DNA of 64,000 bases from Octopus bimaculoides (GCF_001194135.2 NC_068983.1:11641035-11705034), one strand, 5' to 3'; shown: positions 27,543-39,666, counted from the stretch's first letter. Program-made: numbers and translations. The notes: a model not told the origin generated them from the letters alone.

Positions 27543-28150
27543 NNNNNNNNNNNNNNNNNNNNNNNNNNNNNNNNNNNNNNNNNNNNNNNNNNNNNNNNNN
27601 NNNNNNNNNNNNNNNNNNNNNNNNNNNNNNNNNNNNNNNNNNNNNNNNNNNNNNNNNNNNNNNNNNNNNNNNNNNNNNNNNNNNNNNNNNNNNNNNNNNN
27701 NNNNNNNNNNNNNNNNNNNNNNNNNNNNNNNNNNNNNNNNNNNNNNNNNNNNNNNNNNNNNNNNNNNNNNNNNNNNNNNNNNNNNNNNNNNNNNNNNNNN
27801 NNNNNNNNNNNNNNNNNNNNNNNNNNNNNNNNNNNNNNNNNNNNNNNNNNNNNNNNNNNNNNNNNNNNNNNNNNNNNNNNNNNNNNNNNNNNNNNNNNNN
27901 NNNNNNNNNNNNNNNNNNNNNNNNNNNNNNNNNNNNNNNNNNNNNNNNNNNNNNNNNNNNNNNNNNNNNNNNNNNNNNNNNNNNNNNNNNNNNNNNNNNN
28001 NNNNNNNNNNNNNNNNNNNNNNNNNNNNNNNNNNNNNNNNNNNNNNNNNNNNNNNNNNNNNNNNNNNNNNNNNNNNNNNNNNNNNNNNNNNNNNNNNNNN
28101 NNNNNNNNNNNNNNNNNNNNNNNNNNNNNNNNNNNNNNNNNNNNNNNNNN

Positions 28151-28192
<42 letters not shown>

Positions 28193-29903
28193 TTCAAACA
28201 GCAAAATTAAGAAATACCACAGGATTTCTTTTAGAAGAAATAATGCATAAACAACAAAACTATTTTAAAGCATAACTATTTACAAATATATATGGTACAG
28301 AAATATCTTGAGAAGTAAATCATGCATGATTATTTAAAGCAGTGTTTTCATGCTTCAAATAATCAGTAGGGTAAAAAAAAAAAATTTAATAAACATGATC
28401 CTTCAAAACACTTATCTAACATTGTATTAACTATGGATATGCACCTAATTCAAGATTTAAAATATGTATGAAATACTATCAAAAGAAAGAATTATATATC
28501 TCTAAAACACAAAAAAATAGTATCAAAAAGAAAGAATATGAAAGAGAACAGAATTTGTTTTCAAATATACTAATCATAAATCCAATTTTTTACATCTATA
28601 CATATTTGAATGCAAAAATAATATATTTGCTATACGCATGAAATTTGAGAATGGAGCCAACTAAAATATGGTTCCTTCTGAGATCAGTGTACAATGTGCT
28701 TCCATAATTTTTTTTCCAGCTTCTAGAAATCAAGGTGCCAAATATTTTGAACCACAAGTAAAACATTACCATTAACAGAAGCAACAGTTCCTTATTAAAA
28801 AAAATATATTAACAAATCAATATCCAAAGTGATACTCTTTTCTATCAATGTCTTTGCAATATCTGTAGAGAATGAACTCAATCAAATACTTACAATGAGA
28901 AACAGAATTAGTTTCCAGGATTCTTTGATCACAGTTAACGGATTATTAAGATTTGGTAGCTGCTCTGCTGTGCTTTGCTATCACGACAAACTTCATTCCA
29001 GAGATTTTCAATCTTACTAAACTCAGGGATAGAACAGACTGGAAAATTAACCTAATTTTGCAATTGGAAATGAACTGCTTCACTGAACTTCTGGTGTGAT
29101 TTGGATTATTGTCAGATATCAGGATCAATATGAGCAACAAATAATTATTAAAATAGGGTAACAGATGTCTCTCAAAATTACTTGCTATATTTCTTGATCC
29201 ATACTGCTAATAAAGCAATGAATAAGATCAAAGAAACTGAACTGAGAAACCTCACCATATCATCACACCACTCCCACTTTGTGGGCACTCTGGAAACAGT
29301 TGAGATTCAGTTCCCCAGTGGAACAAAATCTCATATAACCTAACATCAGATTAGAACCAGTTGGACTTGGATTCATACGTTCATTCCACATGAAACCATT
29401 TAGCAAGGGTGGAATCTAAGTGAGCCCTGACAAGTTCAGGACATTTCTTTCAGTTCTTTATTCATGTGAATGATCTAATATCTAGTCCAAATCATTTGAG
29501 CAGTCAATAAACAGTTGTCTCAATGGTAGTGTGAATATGCTGTGCACGTCCACATAGTCTGATGTTAGCTACAGTCATTGAGGGGCTGGTCCCTAACAAA
29601 TCTGTGAATGAATGTCTTCTTTTAGGGACGTCTTCATAGGTTTCTAACTTCCAGTAGAGTCTCTGTAGGGGAAAAAAACTTTATACAGGAAGAATGACTA
29701 TAATTCAGATGTAAAGTAATATCCATATAGCAAACACTGTCTTCACACATTGGAACAATGTGTGCCCACTTTGTAGGAACAAAACTCAATCACATTTTTA
29801 CCTATAGTTTCACAACTATGAACTCAATTGGAATCATGAATAAAAGCAAAAGAAATATGCAATTTATAATTATTTGTGATTTTAAGCTTATCAGAATTGA
29901 GGA

Positions 29904-30022
29904 ATTTACGTCCATATCACATTGAGAGCAATGGTTCTTGTCCGATCACCGTAGTTAAGCAACGTTGAGCCTAGTTAGTACTTTGATGGGTGACCGCTTG
30001 GGAAACCTAGGTGCTATAAGCG
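29904..30022 (+). pseudogene. 5S rRNA retro-pseudogene, near full length
   Basis: ccatatcacattgagagcaatggttcttgtccgatcaccgtagttaagcaacgttgagcctagttagtactttgatgggtgaccgcttgggaaacctaggtgctataag aligns end to end with metazoan 5S (boxes A and C recognisable) with many substitutions. It is solitary and has no oligo-T terminator. Confidence 0.92.
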
Positions 30023-30024
30023 TC

Positions 30025-30260
30025 AAGGCAGCGAGCTGGCAGAAACGTTAGCACACTGGGCAAAATGCTTTGCGGTATTTCGTCTGCCACTACATTCTGA
30101 GTTCAAATTCCGCTGAGGTCGACTTTGCCTTTCATCCTTTCGGGGTCAATTAAATAAGTACCAGTTATACACTGGGGTTGATATAATCGATTTAATCCAT
30201 TTGTCTATCCTTGTTTGTCCCTTCTATGTTTAACCCCTTGTGGGCAATAAAGAAATAAGA
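30025..30260 (+). mobile_element. Full-length family-E2 SINE fused to the 5S copy
   Basis: aaggcagcgagctggcagaaacgttagc...gcctttcatcctttcggggtc...ccccttgtgggcaataaagaaataagaa. Confidence 0.88.
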
Positions 30261-30741
30261 ATTGGGGAATTTAAATCCATAGAGGATCTGGGATAAAATA
30301 ATTTAAAGAAATGTATTATCAAGCAAGTCTTTATCATCCATTTTAAGATTATTAATGTTTTTATATTGCTATATGTACTGACTACCAATCTTATATGAAA
30401 ATTTTTTAAATATTAAAACTTTAAAAACTTATTCAATAGCTCTATATTTATATTAACACTACATATATATATATATACATATGTATATATGAGCCTGGTG
30501 CAGTCTCCTGGCTTGCCAGTCCTCAGTCAAACTGTTCAACCCATGCCAGTATGGACAGTGGATGTTAACAGATGATGATGATGATATATAATTAAGTAAC
30601 ATCACATCTGATGAGATAAAGTAAAAGTTTCATAACTGAAAGCAAGAATGTTATAGTAGTATAATGGTGACTGGCTACTAGCAGTTTACCAATTGAGTGT
30701 GCACAAGCATAAAATGATAAAAGTATAAACAAACAAAGCAA

Positions 30742-30881
30742 TTAGTATCAGGTTGGATTATGACATTTATATCTTTAAACATGATGTTACACGAGTATAT
30801 TCATTTCCTTCCTTCTCATGATCTATACTCATATAACATCATGTTTAAAGACATAAATGTCATAATTTAACCTGATACCAA
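30742..30881. repeat. Fold-back element: ~58-bp inverted arms with a 24-nt loop
   Basis: ttagtatcaggttggattatgacatttatatctttaaacatgatgttacacgagtata versus tatactcatataacatcatgtttaaagacataaatgtcataatttaacctgataccaa. Confidence 0.9.
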
Positions 30882-30914
30882 CTATTTTGCCTGTTTATAC
30901 TTTTATCCTTTTAT

Positions 30915-31590
30915 CGGTACCATTCAATGTCTGTTTTCCATGCTGGCATGGGTTGGATGGTTTGGCAAGAGCTGGAAAGCTGGAGAGCTGCACCAGGTTC
31001 CAGTCTGGTTCGGCTTGGTTTCTACAGCTGGTTTCCTAACACCAACAACTTTACAGAATGTGTTTGCTGCTTTATATGTGGTATGAACAAAGGTGCTTTT
31101 TATGTGACCTGGCACAGGTTCATTTTAAGTAGTCTCTGCCAGACGCTTTCTACATGTAGTTGGCATGGGTGCTTTCTACACAGCACTGGCATGGATGCTT
31201 TCATACAGCACCGGCACAGGTGCTTTTTACATGGCACCGGCATGGGTGCTTTTTATGTGGCCCCAGCATGGAGATTTTGCTGGCAAAAACCCCTTCAGCT
31301 AAGAGGGTATCATTAACAGTTCTGCTGTGGTGGACAGGCCTTTTTGACTGCAACAAAGTGCTAGATAGCTTAGTCCTTTGTCATCTCCATGAGGTTTAGA
31401 GTCCTGAGATCAGTCTTCAGCCTTTGTCCCATGTCTCCCTGGGTTTCCCTCTTCCACCAGTTCCATCCACCTTAAGTGATCAGCACTTCTTTATGCAGCT
31501 GTCTACCTCCATCTGCATCACATGACCAAACCAGTGCAGTCTTCTCTCTTGTACACTGCATTGAATTCTTCCGGTGCCTAACTTTTCAAG
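30915..31590 (-). mobile_element. RTE LINE 3' end: ORF2 C-terminus plus family-B-type 3' UTR
   Basis: KLGTGRIQCSVQERRLHWFGHVMQMEVDSCIKKC*SLKVDGTGGRGKPRETWDK, followed by a B-homologous UTR. Confidence 0.85.
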
Positions 31591-32774
31591 AGGATTTGTT
31601 AGTCTTGGCTAGGTCAAAACAATCTCTCTAGTACTGGTGGCACAATAACTTCACAAAGTACACTCTGTAAAGATATTGATGAACTTACAGAAATAATGTA
31701 AGGCTGTTTAGACTTGTTGGAGACAAGGCCACATCCCTATTGCTAGTGATACAATAAAATGCACTCAGTACACTCTGTAAAGTGGTTGGAAGATAAATAT
31801 AGTATAGAAAGTAATTTTTAGCCTTGTGAAGACAAGGTAACTTATCTAATTCTTGTGCCATGATAAAATGCACCTACTACACTCTTAAAAGTAGTTGGCA
31901 ACAAGAAGGGCATTCATCCATAAAAATCATGTCAAAAATGGACCGTATGAGTAAGATGTGTTCCTCGGACTACAACTCTATATAAGGACTGACTCAGGGA
32001 AAAATCAAACATAAAATGATGATATTCAGAATGTTTGTTCTTAAAATATTTATAAAATTTGTAATTGTAAAATATTAGAGCAAATATGCCAAAAATTTAA
32101 TAGAATACTATTGTGAAATAGCCTTGATTTTCATTTTATTTTTTCAAAAGAAATAAGCTGTTAGGCTCTGTTATGTATATTATCAATCACAAAAGAAATG
32201 ATGTCTGGGTCATAGAGATACTGTACATGGTAAATCATAGTTTTACAGGGCACAAAGATCTATGTCAATCAATAGTTACTGCATTTAGTTCAAATAAGTG
32301 AAACAGTATATTCAATATAATTGTTGACATTTTCTTTTAGTTGATCAAATATGTACCATCTGAATATCTTTTCAGTCATATATCTGTTTATCTATTAGCT
32401 AGTTGTGGAGATAATGTTTTAAGTGTTCTCAAAGGTGTTTCAATTCTTATTAAGTATTTTTGTAAAGAAACTATAATAGCCTATGTATTACTATTGAATG
32501 TTTATATGACTTCAAAGGGAAAATAAGCTGGTGACTAAGAAGTAAAATAATCAGAGATAAAGTCCATTGATTTTCCCCCTTTAAGCTATTAATGGTCATT
32601 CGATGAAAGAGATGAAAACTTATATTTCTTTTATGGAATTCTTAGAAGGAAAGTCTGAGTAAAGTGAATACCTGAAAGAACTGGTAATCTGGTAGAGATT
32701 CCACACTAAACCAAAAAACAGAAAGACTTTAATAATATTAACAGAGTTAGAAATTTTGAAGAATATTTAATCTG

Positions 32775-33000
32775 TTCTCTTACTTTAACTGACACAGTTG
32801 CTGGACTGTGGTCATGCTGGGGCACCGCCCTGAAGAGTTTAGTCAAATTGACTCCAGTACTTAGTGTATTTTTTTTTTTTTTGAAGTTTAGTACTTATTG
32901 TATTTATCGCTTTTCCAGAACTGCTAAGTTACAGGTGACGTAAACAAAGCAACACCAGTTGTCAAGTGGTGGTGGTGGAGGACAAACACATATATATATA
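32775..33000 (-). mobile_element. Diverged A-related SINE 3' part
   Basis: gactgtggtcatgctggggcaccgcc...ctgctaagttac...ggacaaacac. Confidence 0.65.
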
Positions 33001-33056
33001 TATATATTTGTGTATAATAAGTATATATATATGTATGTGTGTGTATATATATATAT

Positions 33057-34090
33057 CATCATCATCATCATCATCATCGTTTAACGTCCGCTTTCCATGC
33101 TAGCATGGGTTGGACGATTTGACTGAGGACTGGTGAAACCGGATGGCAACACCAGGCTCCAATCTAATTTGGCAGAGTTTCTACAGCTGGATGCCCTTCC
33201 TAACGCCAACCACTCAGAGAGTGTAGTGGGTGCTTTTACGTGTCACCCGCACGAAAACGGCCACGCTCAAAATGGTGTCTTTTAGGTGCCACCCGCACAA
33301 GCCAGTCCAGGGGCACTGGCAACGATCTCACTCGAAAATCCTACGGNNNNNNNNNNNNNNNNNNNNNNNNNNNNNNNNNNNNNNNNNNNNNNNNNNNNNN
33401 NNNNNNNNNNNNNNNNNNNNNNNNNNNNNNNNNNNNNNNNNNNNNNNNNNNNNNNNNNNNNNNNNNNNNNNNNNNNNNNNNNNNNNNNNNNNNNNNNNNN
33501 NNNNNNNNNNNNNNNNNNNNNNNNNNNNNNNNNNNNNNNNNNNNNNNNNNNNNNNNNNNNNNNNNNNNNNNNNNNNNNNNNNNNNNNNNNNNNNNNNNNN
33601 NNNNNNNNNNNNNNNNNNNNNNNNNNNNNNNNNNNNNNNNNNNNNNNNNNNNNNNNNNNNNNNNNNNNNNNNNNNNNNNNNNNNNNNNNNNNNNNNNNNN
33701 NNNNNNNNNNNNNNNNNNNNNNNNNNNNNNNNNNNNNNNNNGCGTGATTGTTACCAGCGTTGCCTTACTGGCACTTGTGCCGGTGGCACGTGAAAGACAA
33801 GATTTGAGCGAGGTCATTGCTAGTGCCGCTGGACTGGCTCCTGTGCAGGTGGCATGTAAAAACACCATTTGAGCGTGGTCGTTGCCAGTACTGCCTGACT
33901 GGCCCTTGTGCCAGTGGTACGTAAAAGCACCCACTACACTCTCGGAGTGGTTGGCATTAGGAAGGGAATCCAGCTGTAGAAACCCTGGCAGATCAGATTG
34001 GAGTCTGGTGCAGCCATCTGGCTTGCCAGTCCTCTGTCAAACTGTCCAACCCATGCCAGCATGGAAAGCGGACATTAAATGATGATGATA
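33057..34090. mobile_element. Head-to-head pair of family-B copies across an N gap
   Basis: B on - at 33057-33346 and B on + at 33742-34090; gap 33347-33741. Confidence 0.85.
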
Positions 34091-34099
34091 TGTGTCTGT

Positions 34100-34330
34100 G
34101 AAGGTGTATGGCCTAGTGGTTAGGGTTTTATACTCACAATTGTGAGATCATGATTTCAATTCCTAGACTGGGTGGTGCATTGTGTTCTTGAGCAAAACAC
34201 TTAATCTCTGCGATCACTTCAATACCTGACACGTGGCTTGATGGAGAGAATGAGCTAATGTGTAGCATAAACACTTGATCACTATAAACAAATCACTTGT
34301 GAAGGTCGTTAGGCAAGCTGAGCACCCAGA
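34100..34330 (+). mobile_element. D-headed SINE variant
   Basis: ggtgtatggcctagtggttaggg...ttcaattcctagactgggtggtgcattgtgttcttgagcaaaacac, followed by a different body. Confidence 0.65.
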
Positions 34331-34510
34331 CAGGAGAGTCCATTATATATAGATATATATACACACACACATGCAATGGGATTCCATATAATTTCTGTCT
34401 AACAAATACACTCATAAAACATTGGTTGGCCTAAGGGTATTGTAGAAGACACTTGTCCATGGGGCACTTTCCTAGACAACAAATAAAACTAATAAACTGC
34501 AAGGAATATT

Positions 34511-34802
34511 TTTTTTCCTTTTGCATCCTTTTTTTTAAAGCTTAGCCAGGCTCATGGGCCCAGCTTCCCGTTTTTTATGGCGTATGTGTCCCCCCCGCCC
34601 ACCAAGCTGGACGGGATGCTGGTCCATTGCAAGGAAGAAAGAGTGAGAGAAAGAGTACAACAGGGGTCGCCCCCCCTCCTGCCGGAGCCTCGTGGAGCTT
34701 TAGGTGTTTTCGCTCAATAAATACACACAACGCCCGGTCAGGGAATTGAAACTACGATCCTCTGACTGTGAGTCCGCTGCCCTAACCACTGAGCCATTGC
34801 GC
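34511..34802 (-). mobile_element. Full-length family-C1 SINE with 14-bp TSD
   Basis: TSD ctgcaaggaatatt at 34497-34510 and 34803-34816; tRNA-like head. Confidence 0.9.
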
Positions 34803-36560
34803 CTGCAAGGAATATTGCAAAGAATATAATCTTGAAGTCTAAATCAATATAAAAATCATCAGTACTACCAAAAACCAATGGTATTAACTGGGATCAGTAA
34901 GTGAAAGTTAGGTATTTTATCTTCTAGTGGCAAAGTGCAAGTACTAAAATAGCGAGCTAAACATTATAATCTGGAAATCTTGAACGTTTAATTTAATAAA
35001 ATAAATCTGTATAAATAACAATACATTATATTTATAAAGAGTGTTTGGTCATGATAATGAAGAAGAAATAATAATCTCTCATCCTGCATAAAGAATATTA
35101 ACCCAAACTCTCCTCTTTCTGAAGTAATTTTTCTTGGCACTTTAAATGCTTCCAGGCAACTCTATGAGTTTAAAGAGAAAATCATGTGCTATTTTGAAGA
35201 ACTTACATCAGCTGATTTTCTTTTCCATCCTTATTCTTGACTAAGCTATTGATTCTTTAAACATTCTTGGTATTTTACTGACTTCCAAATGCAACAACCT
35301 CTATACATATATCAGCAGCTTTCTATTGCTTTCACATTGTATACTAAGAAGCTCATATGGAACTACTGAATGTCAAGGGGTCATACACACGTGCTATACT
35401 TTTACTATCTATTGTATCTGCCATTTGAAACTCACTAACTATATTCAGTCCCTCCTTTCTATCTGTATGAAATTTTACATGTTGTATTCAAAAGGCGGTG
35501 GGGGTGGGGTGGCATCCACATTTCCTAGCATCATGTTGATCATAAACTTATGTATTTCTTCCTTGAACAATATGTTAAATTAATATTTAAGATTCGGAAC
35601 AAGTATTCACTGTTAGGAGTCTAGACTATTATTAACAAGATTATTCTATACTTTACAAAATAGTTGGAATATTTGTAGAGACAGAGAGATATTTGGTTTA
35701 CTAAATGCATTAATAAAATCTCAGTAACATACTCAATCTGCCTCAAAATAATTAAAAGTATTAATAATGTTTGAAAGAAAATAAATAGTAGAACTATATT
35801 TAAGTCATGTTCATACCTGTAATTGGGGGGGGGGGGATTCATGAGAGAAAATGATAGGTCAGTGCAGCTAGTAGCCTGTGCTGCAGAAATCACCAGAATT
35901 CAGATAGAAAACAAAAACAAACAAACAAAAAAAACCCACTAAAATGGCCATGGAACAAATAAAAGACAATTATCAATGGTTGAGTAAAATGAGAAGAATG
36001 AACGCTAAAATATGCTGAGAGATCTTTCAAATGTCAATGGAAATTTATCAATTTTTATGATTTGGTATTTCATTAGAAGACCACAATGTAAAGATTATGA
36101 GCACATATCCCCAAACAGATATTTTGAGCATGATGATGTATATATATATATGTAGATATAATTCTGTGTGACCTTCCCAACATTATCATTCCATCTCTAT
36201 TGTTTTCCTTTTGCTCATAATTGTCATCATTATAACCGTTAAAATAACTAAAACATTTTAAGAATATGAATAAAAACCTATACAATTAGATATCAGTTCT
36301 TTATCTAAATAGCAATAATTATTTCTTAAGCCTCTTTTATCTTTTATCTTCTTTCAATCATTGGACTGTGGCCATGCTGGTGCACACCACCCTGAAGGAT
36401 TCAGTTGATTAGACCAATCCCACTATTTATTGTTTTTAAATGTAGTACTTATTCTATTGATCTCTTTTGCCAAACCACTAAGTTATTGGGACACAAACAA
36501 ATCCAACACTGGTTGTCAAGAGATAGGCTGAGGACAAACATATTCACAAAGACACACACA

Positions 36561-37138
36561 CACAGATATGCAGGAAGTAAATAGACACCTTTAATTTTCA
36601 AAATTTCTGATCTAAGTATCTTAATATGTTTTCAGCTATGTAGAATTTACAATGTAATTATTCTTTTTCATTCCAGGTGCCATTATATTAAGCATTTGTG
36701 AAGAGTAACCATGCCACGCACAAAAAATGCAGCAGAACTGTCGGATTTTCAAAGGGGTTGTGTTGTTGGGCAATCTGAGGCTGGTCTTAGCCAGCAAAAA
36801 ATTGCTGAAAATCTTCAAATTCCTCTTGCTACTGTTAATAGAATTATAGTGCAATTCAAAAGCCAAGGAAAAGAATCAACAGATTCTCGTCCCGGCCAAC
36901 CTGGGCCCTCGGAAAGGAAGCTTCACTGTTTGAAGAGAATTGTGGAAAACGAAACCCATTTGAAGGCTTCTGACATTGCAAAATACCTAGAAGTAAGTCC
37001 AAGAACGTGTGTTACATATCTGCATAAGCTTGGGTATTATGGACGAGCAGCTAGAAGAAAACTTCTCCTTCAACCAATTAATATCAAATGAAAGATTTTG
37101 AAAATTAAAGGTGCCTATTTACTTCCTGCATGTCTGTG
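36561..37138 (+). mobile_element. 578-bp Tc1-family deletion derivative with 44-bp TIRs
   Basis: TIRs at 36561-36604 and 37095-37138 (CACAGATATGCAGGAAGTAAATAGACACCTTTAATTTTCAAAAT, 2 mismatches). TA at 37139-37140; the left flank reads CA. Confidence 0.93.
36711..37091 (+). CDS. Tc1 transposase N-terminal DNA-binding region only (126 aa, no DDE domain)
   Basis: [72 protein letters not shown] shows a paired-like HTH, a GRPR-like linker, a second HTH and a basic NLS region. Confidence 0.88.
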   Translation: MPRTKNAAELSDFQRGCVVGQSEAGLSQQKIAENLQIPLATVNRIIVQFKSQGKESTDSRPGQPGPSERKLHCLKRIVENETHLKASDIAKYLEVSPRTCVTYLHKLGYYGRAARRKLLLQPINIK

Positions 37139-37460
37139 TATATATGATAAGATTCAATACAGTTTCTGTCTACCAAATTCACTCACAGGGCATTGGTCAA
37201 ACTAGGGCTATAATAGAAGACACTTGCCCAACATGTCATGCAGTGGAACTGAACCTGAAACCGCATGGTTGCAAAGTGAGTTTCTTAACTACGCAACCTA
37301 ACCCTAACCCATACACATTCATGCCTATAAGAAAAGGAGTGACAAATCACAGTGCTGATGTATTTCCCAAAGACACTGATACTAATAAAAGTGATGTGAC
37401 TGGAAAAATCAAAACCAAGCAATAGGCTTCTATTAATATAACATTAACGACTGACCGCCT

Positions 37461-38235
37461 GACTCAAAGTGCTGCAGAAGCAGTTCGTTCCGAGGCTGAA
37501 AGGTTAACATAACAAAGACCTAAATATTCATTTATACAAGAGAACACAAAATAACAGCATCAACTGCAGATTGGCCTTTCTTGATATGGAGAAAGGGAAT
37601 ATGTAAAAACTTGACATCATTACTCAGAGCAAGCAACAGCTACATTCGTAAAAGCACCCACTACACTCTCGGAGTTGTTGGCGTTAGGAAGGGCATCCAG
37701 CTGTAGAAACTCTGCCAGATCAGATTGGAGCCTGGTGTAGCCATCTGGTTCACCAGACCTCAGTCAAATTGTCCAACCCATGCTAGCATGGAAAGCGGAC
37801 GTTAAACGATGATGATGATGATGATCAGTTCACATGTATGCAGGGTAGTATAGTGTTATGGTGACAAATAGCTCAAATTACAGTGTGCACTCAAATATAA
37901 GAATTTTTTTATGTCAGTTATTATTAACAGGTAAGGGTAAAAGATTTTCAGATTATTAAACCACACATCGTGCGGGTGACACGTAAAAGCACCCACTACA
38001 CTCTCTGAGTGGTTGGCGTTAGGAAGGGCATCCAGCTGTAGAAACTCTGCCAAATTAGATTGGAGCCTGGTGTTGCCATCCGGTTTCACCAGTCCTCAGT
38101 CAAATCATCCAACCCATGCTAGCATGGAAAGCGGACGTTAAACGATGATGATGATGATGATCTCTTTATAAATTTCTTTTATGAATATCATACATGTAAC
38201 TATTAGTAATCACTCATAAAATTTAGTCAAGCAGA

Positions 38236-38302
<67 letters not shown>

Positions 38303-39045
38303 CACATACACAAACGCTGCACTTGCAGTATAATGTCCTTAATGCTGAATTTTTATTTTATGAATCTCTATAGACATTTTTACAGAAAAGGAGTCAATTT
38401 AATAAAACTCAATGAATTACTGATACACAGAACTTGGAGAGAAACAAAATATATTAACCTATCACCTTTATATTCTCCATGATATTAATGAATAACTATC
38501 ATGGAAACATTGAAAGCTTTAAATAATAAAGACATCATCTAACACGTGCAGGGCCATAAATACCTTTCAAGCTGTCATACACCAATTTTATAATTTAACT
38601 GCAATGTTATTAATTTTATCTATCTATTGTGTAGAAGTAGTATGGTAATAGTTGTATTTCTACCTGTGTTCAGGCTCCATAGTAAATTTTATTATAAAAT
38701 CATTGTAATTAATGGTAATGCTTAAGTGGTGAAATTAGTGTACAAGTGAATATTCATCAAAGCTTAGCTGACAGTTTTCCTTTTTATTTTCTTTATTGTC
38801 TCTTTAGGACCAGCTTTCCTTAGAAACTTTATATGCTGATGAGAGAGTTTCCACTGCAGACTCAAAGTGCTGCAGAAGCAGTTCGTTCCGAGGCTGAAAG
38901 GTTAACATAACAAAGACCTAAATATTCATTTATACAAGAGAACACAAAATAACAGCATCAACTGCAGATTGGCCTTTCTTGATATGGAGAAAGGGAATAT
39001 GTAAAAACTTGACATCATTACTCAGAACAAGCAACAGCTACATTC
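37461..39045. repeat. 187-bp direct duplication (37461-37647 and 38859-39045)
   Basis: The copies are identical except one base (agagc versus agaac). Confidence 0.95.
37648..38162 (+). mobile_element. Two 5'-truncated family-B copies (37648-37825 and 37967-38162)
   Basis: gtaaaagcacccactacactctc...ggacgttaaacgatgatgatg occurs twice. Confidence 0.9.
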
Positions 39046-39235
39046 AAGATGCAGTAGGACTAGTAGTGAACAATGACTGCACGAGATATACAAGATTAGT
39101 TATTAAAGGGGTACCAATGAAGTGAAGACTATTGAAATATTGAAATATTCAAACGTCTCACTAGATGTAGTAAATAGCGTCTTCTCTTTGGATGTGTGCA
39201 AGAGGTGGGTGTAATTATAGTAGCTACAGGAAGAA

Positions 39236-39399
39236 AGGCGCAGGAGTGGCTGTGTGGTAAGTAGCTTGCTTACCAACTACATGTTTCCGGGTTCAGTCCC
39301 ACTGTGTGGCATCTTGGGCAAGTGTCTTCTACTATAGCCTCAGGCCGACCAAAGCCTTGTGAGTAGATTTGGTAGACGGAAACTGAAAGAAGCCCATCG

Positions 39400-39470
<71 letters not shown>

Positions 39471-39666
39471 TTGTCCCCCTAGCATTGCTTGACAACTGAT
39501 GCTGGTGTGTTTACATCCCCGTAACTTAGCGGTTCGGCAAAAGAGACCGATAGAATAAGTACTAGGCTTACAAAGAATAAGTCCCGGGGTCGATTTGCTC
39601 GACTAAAGGCGGTGCTCCAGCATGGTCGCAGTCAAATGACTGAAACAAGTAAAAGAGTAAAAGAGT
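39236..39666 (+). mobile_element. Full-length family-A SINE
   Basis: aggcgcaggagtggctgtgtgg...gggttcagtccc...agtaaaagagtaaaagag. Confidence 0.92.

Larger units (their letters stand above)
5402..33741. other. Assembly gaps at 5402-6199, 14846-15259, 21314-21465, 27543-28150 and 33347-33741
   Basis: N runs, mostly flanked by (TA)n. Small exons could be hidden inside them. Confidence 0.99.
36331..37295 (-). mobile_element. Diverged A-type SINE split by the Tc1 mini-element
   Basis: Tail at 36331-36560; head resumes at 37141-37295. Confidence 0.75.

Noticed and set aside
28900-29670. Possible exon or transposase-like peptides (RRHSFTDL; KIENLWNEV)
   Set aside because: Phase is incompatible with the RIM donor or gives an immediate stop, and the motifs are too short to assign.
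29904-30022. Functional 5S rRNA gene
   Set aside because: Solitary, with many substitutions, no oligo-T terminator, fused to a SINE and flanked by a TSD.
38809-38900. Plus-strand exon-like segment (tctttag|GAC...AAG|gttaac)
   Set aside because: Stops in all three frames and no partner exons.
39236-39310. tRNA genes at SINE heads (also at 12081, 12259, 55405)
   Set aside because: Box A/B are present but they run into SINE bodies, with no complete cloverleaf.
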